64,000 nt of DNA, from contig CAZBCL010000001.1 in NCBI GenBank assembly GCA_964490645.1, positions 7,659 through 71,658 on the forward strand, given 5' to 3'. A program made the position numbers and the translations under genes. Positions within the stretch are counted from its first letter, which is position 1. Every line of letters begins with the position of its first letter. A model generated the notes under the pieces. That model was not told where the DNA came from and ran no database searches. It worked only from the letters and a program-made list of their open reading frames with translations. This DNA is from an uncultured Spirochaetia bacterium. GTDB taxonomy: Bacteria; Spirochaetota; JAHITG01; CAZBCL01. Shown here piece by piece: positions 40,134-49,579 of the stretch.

Positions 40134-42431
40134 TTACAATCGTTTGAGTTCCCATTCAGCCGCCAAACGACTTTTTACATAACGATCACGATCCGGTGCA
40201 TACAGGTCATACCCTTCATTACCATGTTCAATAAGTTCTTGCAAGTATTTCCTTGCATTCGTTCTATCGCCAAGTTTTTTATAGGTCAGCGCTAAATAAT
40301 ATGTTGCTTCTTCCCACCATTTTGTTTTCCCCATACTACGAACCTGCTCAAAATAATTAATCCCTTTTTGTTGACTTGATTTATTATAGGTATACGCATA
40401 ATAATAAAATCCCTGATGAAATACCGCACCGGCACGCATATCCACAGACGGGGTGTTTTCTTCCGCGGCATGCGCAAAACAGCTTTTATACTCAGTCCGA
40501 TAGGTCTCAAGAATCGCATCATTCTTTTCGGTTCGAAGATGATACAGTGCTACCTGACCTTTAATGAAATTGTATTCCTGCCAGCCGTATTCATCTGAAG
40601 AAAATGACATTTTATTAATCCAGTACTCAGTATCATTATACTCTGCTTTTTTAACCCAGATAGAAAACTTTCGTAGTTCTGCTTCTTTTTTCGCATTACG
40701 GCGACCTGTCCAATTTATATTTTGACTTTCGACTTCTTTCGGCGCTTCGGTTGTTTCTGTTTCCGCAACCACTATTGGTTCAGATACCGTTTCCGTATCA
40801 GAGCTATCTATTGTATCGGATTCGGGTATATTTTCCGGTTCCGGTTCTGCAAACGCCGCCGGAACTACTGCAGATTCCGTATCCAAACTATTTGTTGCAT
40901 CGGATTCAGGTATATTTTCCGGTTCCGCTTCTGTAAGCGCTGCCGGTATTGCTGAAGATTCCGTATCTGTTGTATCTGCTGCTATGGATTCAGGAATGCT
41001 TGCCGGTTCCGGTTCTGCAAGCGCTGCCGGTACTGCTGAGGATTCCGTATTTGTAGTATCTGCTGCTGTAGATTCGGGAATGCTTGCAGGTTCCGGCATA
41101 ACAATCGGTATCGGTGAAGGTGGTTCCGAAACGCCATTCACTGCAATAACCGGTACTGCACCATATAAAATACTCATTCCTGATATATCAAATGCAGGAT
41201 TGATGTATCCCGCAATATCACTAACCATTTCTTTATCAGTAACCCAATTTTTATGCCCTTCCTGCATTCTGAAATTTACACTGCGTTGTACAGTGGTCGT
41301 ATATTCACCACGACTTTTCCCGGTAAAGCTTACCGTGTATTCTGCAGAACCAACATCCATCAACGGCGTTATTGACCATTGCGAAAATAAATATGATTGT
41401 CCGATAGAAAGACGATTTATGTCAATGGAGGATGCCGCGCCCTTTATTGCAGCCCCACCTGATGTTTCATTAATAGCAAGCGTTATTTTTTTCAGTGAGT
41501 TTTGCCCGGTGTTTTCAATCAAACCAACAACCTGCGCGCGATTACGATGCGTATCCTGTAAAGCGGTAACAAATCCATCAATGCCGAGATCACTTCCATC
41601 AAATGACGTTACCTCAAGAGCACCGATAAGAATTCGAATTGTTCCAATAGTTTTCGGTGCAAAGGTTTGCGGTTTCCAAAAATATGCAACACCGGAATCC
41701 GGTTCATCAAGACCTTTTCGGAATCCGCGTTTTGTATCGATAGCATAATCATAGTCTGCAACAAACATATTATCATAACCGGCAAACACTAATTTATCAG
41801 GCACGGTATCACTGAATACTCCCGCCGCCCAATACGATGCATTCGCTCCCGGACGATCAACCATCAGATACATATCCGGAACCCCCTCACCTTCAAAGCT
41901 TCTTTCCTTATCGAGCCGTTCAAGTGCACCCGGAATAAGAAAATTACCTTTATCGCTTTCTCCGAGTGTATCGAGAAGTATTCGCATGCCTATTTCATGG
42001 GCAGTTTCATCAAGATTAATAATTTGATACTCAATTGCAATCATTGTTTCATTTCCCGGTGATAGCGGATTATCTTCAAAAGAAATACGTTGTCCAACTG
42101 CAATGTTTTTATATTCCCATTGCGACACGATAGCTTTCCCGTCATCGCTCAATCGGGGAGCAACATTAAAGTCATTTACCGGTGAGGCATATTTTATTAC
42201 TTCACCATCAATTTTTATCTTTGCAAAACTGCGCGGCGGTGTGCTCGTATCAAGCACTACCAATCCGTCATCAGCAGGTGTGCTCATTGATCCAGATTTA
42301 GTAACAACACCGAATCGACCGGTTGATTCATTAACCAATACCTGAAACGATCCATTCTCAAGCGTTACATCAGCATAGGCAATAACCGCTATACTAAACA
42401 TACATACAAAGATTAGACTACTTACTTTCAT
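40134..42431 (-). CDS. large secreted protein with central acidic tandem repeats and C-terminal TPR-like region
   Basis: Signal peptide (MKVSSLIFVCMFSIAVIAYA). Three or more copies of a 28-aa repeat (PEPASIPESTAADTTNTESSAVPAALAE). C-terminal helical repeats (…YYLALTYKKLGDRTNARKYLQELIEHG…). Confidence 0.5.
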   Translation of the reverse strand: MKVSSLIFVCMFSIAVIAYADVTLENGSFQVLVNESTGRFGVVTKSGSMSTPADDGLVVLDTSTPPRSFAKIKIDGEVIKYASPVNDFNVAPRLSDDGKAIVSQWEYKNIAVGQRISFEDNPLSPGNETMIAIEYQIINLDETAHEIGMRILLDTLGESDKGNFLIPGALERLDKERSFEGEGVPDMYLMVDRPGANASYWAAGVFSDTVPDKLVFAGYDNMFVADYDYAIDTKRGFRKGLDEPDSGVAYFWKPQTFAPKTIGTIRILIGALEVTSFDGSDLGIDGFVTALQDTHRNRAQVVGLIENTGQNSLKKITLAINETSGGAAIKGAASSIDINRLSIGQSYLFSQWSITPLMDVGSAEYTVSFTGKSRGEYTTTVQRSVNFRMQEGHKNWVTDKEMVSDIAGYINPAFDISGMSILYGAVPVIAVNGVSEPPSPIPIVMPEPASIPESTAADTTNTESSAVPAALAEPEPASIPESIAADTTDTESSAIPAALTEAEPENIPESDATNSLDTESAVVPAAFAEPEPENIPESDTIDSSDTETVSEPIVVAETETTEAPKEVESQNINWTGRRNAKKEAELRKFSIWVKKAEYNDTEYWINKMSFSSDEYGWQEYNFIKGQVALYHLRTEKNDAILETYRTEYKSCFAHAAEENTPSVDMRAGAVFHQGFYYYAYTYNKSSQQKGINYFEQVRSMGKTKWWEEATYYLALTYKKLGDRTNARKYLQELIEHGNEGYDLYAPDRDRYVKSRLAAEWELKRL
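40791..41100. repeat. about 3.5 tandem copies of an 84-nt repeat inside the 40134..42431 CDS
   Basis: Unit ggattc(a/g)gg(t/a)at…ccggttccgg(t/c)tctg(c/t)aa(a/g)cgc(c/t)gccgg(a/t)a(c/t)tgc(a/t)ga(t/g)gattccgtat… repeated in phase, encoding the 28-aa acidic repeats. Reading the other strand produces the artefactual RFRFCKRRR ORF. Confidence 0.55.
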
Positions 42432-42611
42432 GATAACACCTTTACATTTATTACAACGGGCAGCATATACTACTCAATCGCTATTATATGAAACATATAA
42501 TAACAAATTCCGCTATACCTATACTATCGGGGATTTTTATATTCTGATTAGTCCGTTTTGACATACCTGACACTGACGGAAACATATATAAAGCACATAT
42601 ATCCGTATAAT

Positions 42612-42646
42612 AATAACGGTTCAGGCATATACGTATACCTGAACCG
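42612..42646 (-). terminator. hairpin plus U-rich tract immediately 3' of rnpB
   Basis: On the minus strand: ACGGTTCAGG-tatacgtatatg-CCTGAACCGT followed by tattattat (10-bp perfect stem). Confidence 0.4.
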
Positions 42647-43008
42647 TAGTGAATACGGAGTATAAGCCGAATTCTGTCGTGGATCATCATTAATCTAGGA
42701 TGATTGTTGCCAATCACCTCATGCACCCTACCCGGGGTATCACGACGGGCAGCCGTGTATGTATAATACATATCCCCTGCTTGGGCTTGCTCCGAATGAG
42801 GTTTACCCTGCCGATGATGTTGCCATCAAAGCGGTGCGCTCTTACCGCACCATTTCACCCTTACCTGCAAAGCATAGGCGGTTTATTTTCTGCGGCACTG
42901 TCTGTAACGTGTGCACGTTCCCGGGAATTACCCGGCATCCTGCCCTGCGGAGTTCGGACTTTCCTCCATTATGTAATGTACATAACGGCGATGATCTCTC
43001 CGTATCCA
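42646..43008 (-). ncRNA. rnpB: RNase P RNA, bacterial type A
   Basis: The reverse complement shows the universally conserved elements: P4 5' strand GGAGGAAAGTCCGAACTCCGCAGGGCAGGATGCCGGGTAA; GGTAAGGGTGAAATGGTGCGGTAAGAGCGCACCG; GGTAAACCTCATTCGGAGCAAGCCCAAGCAGGGG; CCCGGGTAGGGTGCATGAGG; and the 3' CTAGATTAATGATGATCCACGACAGAATTCGGCTTATA. P1 pairing runs GGATACGGAG/CTCCGTATTC, and P3 is the hairpin TTATGTACATTACATAA. Confidence 0.88.
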
Positions 43009-43215
43009 TTATTAATATAATGGCAGAACGGGTATCTGTCGAGTAGTATATACGTATACTTCCGAATCTTATAATTATACAATATTAATTCCGGTATTGT
43101 TTATGCTGCAGTATAATAATCAGATCAGAACGTACTATTGCCGAATGCGGCAGATACAGTCTATTTCCTCATATCCTATATTGACCGATAGTATGCGGTA
43201 TGCTACTCTCCAGCC

Positions 43216-45201
43216 ATGACAGAAAAAAAACCACTTATACGTTTGTTTTCATATATCCGTGGACATATCCCACGGCTTATTGCGACCGTCTTTATTATCA
43301 TGCTTATTGGCACTTTTGAAGGAATCACGGTTATCGGAATTGAACGCATTGCATATGTTTTTGAAAAAGTCGGTCAGCAGGTTCAAAACCATACCCGTCC
43401 TGAAATTAATCTTCGTTTTGTTCTGCCGAAACCGTCCCCCCCGCATATTCCGGGACTTGATAATGATAGTGCGCCCCCCCCCTCAACCAATAGCTTTTCT
43501 ACTGATGTACAAACTGCTATTGCCATAATGGATGAAAAAGTTTCCGCTATGATTGGTCCGAAACCGGAAATATTGAAGTTTTCATTTCGACCGGTGCCCA
43601 CGTTTAATGCTATCGGCAAAAAGAATGTTATTTCCATGCTGTTTATTATTGCAGGCTTTTTATTAATTGTCTTTTTTATTAAAAACTTTTTTTGGTACGG
43701 CAAGGATTATTTATCCCAATCGGTTGGTCATAAAATACTCCGCACTATCCGCAAGCAATTACATGATAAATTAATCACCTTACCGATGCGTTTTTTTGAT
43801 GCAACAAAAACCGGCGAGCTGCAATCACGCATTACCAATGATGTACAGACAGTGCAAAATATTATTGTAACCATAACAAACTTTTCGACAAATATTCTTA
43901 AAAGTCTTATTTATTTCGGATTAATGCTTTCGTTTTCCATTGAATTATCAATTATCGCCATTGCAATGGCGCTTGTTTTTGTACCGGTAATCAATCGCTT
44001 TGCAAAACCGCTTCGACGTGCAAATCAGAAAGTACTCGAAAATATTGGAGATGTTACCAGTTATTTGCAGGAAACCATTCTCGGTATTAAAGTGCTTAAA
44101 ATTTTTAATAAGGAAACCGATGAACGAGAGTTCTTCCATCAACTTACCTATAGTACCTATGCCCGTTCAATGCGCACTGTACGATTGAATGCAATACAAC
44201 AGCCGCTTGTACAGTTCATCGGAGAATTTGCTATTGTTACCCTTCTTGCTTTAACCGGCTACCTTATTATATCAAGTGATATGACAATATCACGGCTTAT
44301 TGGTTTTGTTAGTTGTGTAACACTTGGTTTCCAGCCCTTACAACAGCTTGGAAAAGTAAATACCGCGCTGCAAAGCGCCGGCAGTGCCAGTACGAGATTT
44401 TTTGAGTTAATGGATATGGAGCCCGAAAAAAATGTTATCGGTACTCCGCATATTCCTGAAACAATTTACGGTCATATACAATTTGAGAATGTCAGCTTCA
44501 GTTATGATAATCAAAACACTATTCTCAGCAATATTTCAATTAATGCCAACCCCGATCAAATCATTGCCATTGTCGGTCCAAGTGGTTCCGGAAAAACAAC
44601 TCTGGTCAATCTTATTCCCCGATTTTATGAAATCAGTCATGGCACGATAACCCTTGACGGGTGTGATATTCGCAGCATTCCTCTAACGACATTGCGCAAA
44701 TACATCGCTCTTGTTCCACAAGAAAGTATCTTATTCTCCGGAAGTATTGCCGATAATATTCGCTATGGTAAACTAAACGCTTCGGAATATGAATTAGCAA
44801 CTGCAGCGAAAGCCGCCAATGCACATAATTTCATTACCGCTCTTCCCAACGGATATGCAACAGAAATTGGCGAACGGGGGGTACAGCTTTCCGGAGGTCA
44901 ACAGCAACGTATCTCAATTGCGCGTGCAATATTAAAAGACCCGCGAATTCTTATTCTTGATGAAGCGACCAGTGCACTTGATACGGAATCAGAATTACTT
45001 GTCCAACAAGCGTTGAATAATCTTATGCAGGGTCGTACAACATTTGTGATTGCACACCGGCTTTCCACAATAAAACATGCGGATCGTATTATCGTTATTG
45101 ACGATGGTAAAAAAGTTCAGGAAGGAACACATACCGAACTGCTCCAACGTCCGGGATTGTATGCCGAATTGATTAAAAAACAATTTGTTTTGAACCAATA
45201 G
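43216..45201 (+). CDS. ABC transporter permease/ATPase fusion (MsbA-like type I exporter) with an enlarged TM1-TM2 periplasmic loop
   Basis: 6-TM domain plus NBD (Walker A GPSGSGKTT, signature LSGGQQQRISIARA, Walker B ILILDEATSALD). Roughly 110-aa hydrophilic Pro-rich segment between TM1 and TM2 (…KPSPPHIPGLDNDSAPPPSTNSF…). Confidence 0.85.
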   Translation: MTEKKPLIRLFSYIRGHIPRLIATVFIIMLIGTFEGITVIGIERIAYVFEKVGQQVQNHTRPEINLRFVLPKPSPPHIPGLDNDSAPPPSTNSFSTDVQTAIAIMDEKVSAMIGPKPEILKFSFRPVPTFNAIGKKNVISMLFIIAGFLLIVFFIKNFFWYGKDYLSQSVGHKILRTIRKQLHDKLITLPMRFFDATKTGELQSRITNDVQTVQNIIVTITNFSTNILKSLIYFGLMLSFSIELSIIAIAMALVFVPVINRFAKPLRRANQKVLENIGDVTSYLQETILGIKVLKIFNKETDEREFFHQLTYSTYARSMRTVRLNAIQQPLVQFIGEFAIVTLLALTGYLIISSDMTISRLIGFVSCVTLGFQPLQQLGKVNTALQSAGSASTRFFELMDMEPEKNVIGTPHIPETIYGHIQFENVSFSYDNQNTILSNISINANPDQIIAIVGPSGSGKTTLVNLIPRFYEISHGTITLDGCDIRSIPLTTLRKYIALVPQESILFSGSIADNIRYGKLNASEYELATAAKAANAHNFITALPNGYATEIGERGVQLSGGQQQRISIARAILKDPRILILDEATSALDTESELLVQQALNNLMQGRTTFVIAHRLSTIKHADRIIVIDDGKKVQEGTHTELLQRPGLYAELIKKQFVLNQ

Positions 45202-45239
45202 TTGCCGAATCTGCTGTGCTATGATATAATGGTGCTATT

Positions 45240-46226
45240 ATGCGTGTCGTAAAACGTAAAGAAAAGTTAAACCTGCTGATTACCGGTGCTGCCGGTTATT
45301 TTGCATCACGGTATATACAATCAGTACTCCGCGATCCTGATAATCGTCATAATATGATACTCATTGATGACCTCACGAACGCCGGCAGAGAATCTGTTCC
45401 GCAAGGAGCACCTTTTTTCCAAATCGGTTTAAATGATCGTCGTAAAATGACTGAACTTTTTCTTGATTATCAATTTGACGCAGTGATCCACTTCGCCGGA
45501 TATGCGGATGGACAGAATTCTTTTGCTGATCCGGTATATGATGCAATGAAAAATGTCCTCGGATCACTCAACTTGCTTGAACAATGTAAAGAACAGCAAG
45601 TCCCGAAATTTATTTATATTTCAACAACTGATGTATACGGGTTAACCCATAAAGCCGTTACTGACAGTTCCTGGCCACATCCGATATCACCGCATGCTGC
45701 ATCAAAATTCGCCATTGAACAATATCTGCCCATTTATCAGCAAAATTATGATATGGATTTTTGGGTTTTACGATTTGGCTCATTGTACGGATATGGCCAG
45801 CAAAAAAATGATTCCGTTATTGCTTCAATCATGTATCAGATCCTCACTGAAAAGCACGTCTCTCTCTTTGGCAATGATGAAACAAAATATGATTTATTAT
45901 TTATTGATGATGCTATTTTTGCCGTTAATCTTGCACTCTTTACCGAGCAGCCGCATATCTTTATTGGCGATCGTTCATTACATGTTATAAATATTGTCAG
46001 CGGTGAGTCAGTCTCCAGTACTGTTCTCTATCAAAAAATTGCACAATATATGGACTGCTCGATCATACCAACATACACAGAATCCAAACATCCAATTCCA
46101 TCAAGAGATATTGACAATAATTGGGCGCGAACTATTCTCGGATGGAAACCGAATGTTACGCTTGATGACGGTATACTCAGAACCCTTGAATGGATTCGAC
46201 AGCATGCGGTAAAGAAAGAAAAATGA
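45240..46226 (+). CDS. NAD-dependent epimerase/dehydratase (extended SDR) with non-canonical active site
   Basis: Rossmann motif ITGAAGYFAS and GalE-like layout. The YxxxK motif reads PHAASK (His at the catalytic Tyr position, codon CAT 45693-45695). Confidence 0.7.
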   Translation: MRVVKRKEKLNLLITGAAGYFASRYIQSVLRDPDNRHNMILIDDLTNAGRESVPQGAPFFQIGLNDRRKMTELFLDYQFDAVIHFAGYADGQNSFADPVYDAMKNVLGSLNLLEQCKEQQVPKFIYISTTDVYGLTHKAVTDSSWPHPISPHAASKFAIEQYLPIYQQNYDMDFWVLRFGSLYGYGQQKNDSVIASIMYQILTEKHVSLFGNDETKYDLLFIDDAIFAVNLALFTEQPHIFIGDRSLHVINIVSGESVSSTVLYQKIAQYMDCSIIPTYTESKHPIPSRDIDNNWARTILGWKPNVTLDDGILRTLEWIRQHAVKKEK

Positions 46227-46245
46227 TAACGAAAAGCAGTAGACA

Positions 46246-47040
46246 ATGAATATTCAATTTGAAGACTTACATATCCATAGTCATATCAGTGATGATGCAT
46301 ACGGATCCATGCTTGAAAAAGCAGAAAAAGCACTCCAGTATGGATTTACGGCAATCGGATTTGCCGATCATTTAGAGATTAATTCCAACTGGGGATATGA
46401 TGTTGAAGAATACTTCAACGCTCTGAATGAAGTACGTCGTGTATTTGATAAACGCCTGCATATTTACAGCTCTGTTGAAATCGGCTTCACTGATAAACGA
46501 CTTCCACTCATACAAGAGCATTTACAACACTATCAGTATGATTATGTCATTGGATCAATTCATGCGATCAACGGCATTATCGCATCTGAAATGAAATCCG
46601 CGTATACCTCCCACGAACACATTATGAACATGTACCAACAATATTTTGATATGATTTATAAAACCGTTGCTTGTGGTCTTTTTGATATCATTGCACATAT
46701 AAACTTTATACGCCGCTGGATTCCCGAGGAGTTTCAAGCAATAGAGGTTTGGCATATTCCCGCCTTATCTCATCGCCTTGATATGATACTTGATCTTATT
46801 ATTGAAAAGAAAAGCATTCTTGAAATCAATTGCGCTTCATTGCGGAAAGGATATTCCTATACTCTTCCTGAAGAAGAAATTATCGCACGCTATGCGCAAC
46901 GCGGCGGCACATTAGTTTCCTATGCATCCGATACGCATATACCGGATGATATCGGAACGGGTATTGAAGTATATAGCTCTCTTCTCGCGCGCTATAATCT
47001 TACTTCATACTCCCCCCGCTCAATACCGGCGCGATTATGA
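46246..47040 (+). CDS. PHP-domain metal-dependent phosphoesterase (HisJ-like)
   Basis: N-terminal LHIHSHISDD His-cluster, ADHLE, and later His/Asp ligands (GSIHAING…IAHINF). 264 aa. Confidence 0.6.
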   Translation: MNIQFEDLHIHSHISDDAYGSMLEKAEKALQYGFTAIGFADHLEINSNWGYDVEEYFNALNEVRRVFDKRLHIYSSVEIGFTDKRLPLIQEHLQHYQYDYVIGSIHAINGIIASEMKSAYTSHEHIMNMYQQYFDMIYKTVACGLFDIIAHINFIRRWIPEEFQAIEVWHIPALSHRLDMILDLIIEKKSILEINCASLRKGYSYTLPEEEIIARYAQRGGTLVSYASDTHIPDDIGTGIEVYSSLLARYNLTSYSPRSIPARL

Positions 47041-48140
47041 TGCTGAACATTATTCATATTGATACCGGCATTACATGGCGTGGAGGTCAAAAACAAGTTT
47101 CCCTGCTCTGCCGCTATTTACAGTCAAAACAATACAATATTCATCTCATCGTTAATCCGCATAGTGCATTAGCTGAATACGCCCGCAAACACAGTATCCC
47201 ATTCACTACAATTGCAATGCCGTGTGAATATACACCGAACGCAATACGACAAATAAAAAAAATAATTGCCGCATTTAATGCGAATATTGTCCATTTACAT
47301 GATAGCCGTGCCCATACACTCGGCAGTATTGCAGCACGGCGCGCCGGTGTTCCTGTTATTATTGTATCACGTCGTGTTATATTTCCGCCCAAGGGGTGGC
47401 CGTTCAAAAAATTAAAATATACGTTGCCGACGCATTATATTGCTGTTTCCACTGCCGTACAAAAAGTCCTGCAGCACAGCGGCGTTCTTCATAATAATAT
47501 AACGACAATATACAGCGGCATCGACATTCAATCACAAACAAATAACACAAACAATATACCGGTGCAGCGAACAACGTTCGGATTATCAAATACTGATTTT
47601 GTTGTCGGTTCAATTGGTGCACTCACACAAGAAAAAGATACTCTAACATTACTGAAAGCAGGGGCATTACTGAAAACAGCGATTCCGAATCTGCGTATTA
47701 TCATTATCGGGGATGGTAAAGAACGAAAACATCTTGAAGAAACAACACGACAGCTTGGCATACCATCAATGGTTTCTTTTTTAGGTTTTCGTAATGATAT
47801 ACATGCTATTTATCAAATAATAAATTGCTTCGTTACGTGCAGTATACAGGAAGGACTTGGCAATACCGTGCTTGAAGCAGCTCTCCATGCACTTCCAATT
47901 ATCGCAACACGGACGGGAGGTATTCCTGAAATAGTACAACACCAAAAAACAGGATTACTGTTCAACCCCGGTGATGTCGATACTCTCGCTGCTTATATTT
48001 CCTATATCAACACTCATCCGACAGCAGCACATACATTCGGCAATGCTGCATATGATTCTATTACAGCACGCTTTGATTATCATATAACTGGTGCACAAAC
48101 GGCTGCCCTGTATACGCAACTCCTGAACAATACTATCTAA
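47037..48140 (+). CDS. GT4-family (GT-B fold) glycosyltransferase
   Basis: C-terminal EX7E-type motif region (SIQEGLGNTVLEAALHALPIIATRTGGIPEIV). 367 aa. 4-nt overlap with the PHP gene. Confidence 0.75.
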   Translation: MMLNIIHIDTGITWRGGQKQVSLLCRYLQSKQYNIHLIVNPHSALAEYARKHSIPFTTIAMPCEYTPNAIRQIKKIIAAFNANIVHLHDSRAHTLGSIAARRAGVPVIIVSRRVIFPPKGWPFKKLKYTLPTHYIAVSTAVQKVLQHSGVLHNNITTIYSGIDIQSQTNNTNNIPVQRTTFGLSNTDFVVGSIGALTQEKDTLTLLKAGALLKTAIPNLRIIIIGDGKERKHLEETTRQLGIPSMVSFLGFRNDIHAIYQIINCFVTCSIQEGLGNTVLEAALHALPIIATRTGGIPEIVQHQKTGLLFNPGDVDTLAAYISYINTHPTAAHTFGNAAYDSITARFDYHITGAQTAALYTQLLNNTI

Positions 48141-49575
48141 CTGTTTCTTTTTTTAATATTGCGATTATTCGTTCCATGATTTTTTTTAACCCCTGTATAT
48201 TCCAGCGCCAGTCAAATATACGTATTTTACTCACTAAATACCAAAACCGCAGCACTAGTTTTCTATACACCACTGTACGGGCTTCTATTAAATCTTCTTT
48301 ACTCATTGCTTCAGTACGCACCACCGGTTCTGGATATAATGAAGAATATTTTGTCCAATCTTCCGTTAATAAATATCCATTCTCTTTATACCAATGATAA
48401 TTCGGCGTATTCGGAAGTGGTGTCGAAAAACAAAACTGCGTATAAAATGGATTGATTTCTTTAATAAAAGTTATTGTTTGATGTACCGTATCCCATGTTT
48501 CTCCGGGCAATCCAATAATACACATACCGTAAAACAGCACCCCTTCCCGTCTGCATAATTCCGCTGCACGCCTAATATCATCTTTCGAAACTCCTTTTCG
48601 GGTGCGTTCAAGAACCTGCTCGGCACCTGATTCTATACCGAATGCAATTTCTTCACATCCGGCACGTTTCATTAATTTTAATTGCTCGGCAGTCAATAAA
48701 TCCGCTCGTGTGCAGCATGACCATTTTAGGTTCAATTTTTCTTCAATCATTAACCGACAAATATTTTCAAGACGCCCTTTTTTTAATCCCATGACATCAT
48801 CAAAAAAAAGAAACGTTTTAAGTCCATGCACTGTAATGAGCCTTTTTAATTCATTGACAACTCGTTGAGGGCTGTATGTGCGATATTTATTTTTTCGATA
48901 TGCGCAAAATTGGCAGCCGTACGGACATCCGCGTGATGTTTGTACCGTTGCAAACGGTGATTCCAAAACACCGGTATGATACGGTTGTAATGTCGGTAAT
49001 AAATGCCACGCCGGCAATGCTGTTTCATCTAAATGCTCCGGATATTCCGGCTGCTTTGTTATCCGCAGCGTACCTGCTGCATCACGAACGGCAATTCCCG
49101 CTGTATGCAGATCCCCTGCCGATGCGTTATTTTTTAGATCCGCTAATAATGAAACAATAATTGCATCCGGTTCGGTCATTAGAAAGATATCAACTGCCGG
49201 ATATGTTTGCATGTATTGCTGCAATACAAATTGCGCTTCAGCAATAACTTTGCAGCGTGTAATCGTTATTGCCCCGCATTCCTGTTTTGCATATTCAATA
49301 ACCGCATAGTCATATGGCTGACAATCAAAAGCAATTCGCGTAATAACGACATCAGGATGGTATTCCTTCATTTTTTTAAAAACAGCTTCATTCGTGAGAT
49401 TAAATCCGTTCGCATCAAGAAATAACAATTCATACCCGGCTGCTTCAATTTCACCGGCCGTCTGCAACAATGAGAGCGGCGGATAACACGATCCGATATC
49501 ACGATGCTCAAAGCGTTCTTCCCGCACAACGGTACAACCGTCAACGCGTGGCGGATTAATAAGCATTACTTTCAT
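48133..49575 (-). CDS. B12-binding (class B) radical SAM enzyme
   Basis: N-terminal cobalamin-binding Rossmann-like region (MKVMLINPP…). Canonical CxxxCxxC (SRGCPYGCQFCAY). 480 aa. Confidence 0.8.
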   Translation of the reverse strand: MKVMLINPPRVDGCTVVREERFEHRDIGSCYPPLSLLQTAGEIEAAGYELLFLDANGFNLTNEAVFKKMKEYHPDVVITRIAFDCQPYDYAVIEYAKQECGAITITRCKVIAEAQFVLQQYMQTYPAVDIFLMTEPDAIIVSLLADLKNNASAGDLHTAGIAVRDAAGTLRITKQPEYPEHLDETALPAWHLLPTLQPYHTGVLESPFATVQTSRGCPYGCQFCAYRKNKYRTYSPQRVVNELKRLITVHGLKTFLFFDDVMGLKKGRLENICRLMIEEKLNLKWSCCTRADLLTAEQLKLMKRAGCEEIAFGIESGAEQVLERTRKGVSKDDIRRAAELCRREGVLFYGMCIIGLPGETWDTVHQTITFIKEINPFYTQFCFSTPLPNTPNYHWYKENGYLLTEDWTKYSSLYPEPVVRTEAMSKEDLIEARTVVYRKLVLRFWYLVSKIRIFDWRWNIQGLKKIMERIIAILKKETVR

Positions 49576-49579
49576 AAAA

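Noticed and set aside
40722-40955. + strand ORFs rich in RFRFCKRRR/Cys
   Set aside because: They are the opposite-strand reading of the 84-nt tandem repeats within the 40134..42431 CDS.
42484-43046. Three overlapping ORFs (42484..42771 -, 42700..43020 +, 42759..43046 +) in the intergenic region
   Set aside because: The region encodes RNase P RNA (rnpB) on the minus strand. The ORFs have no RBS or coding features and overlap conserved RNA elements.
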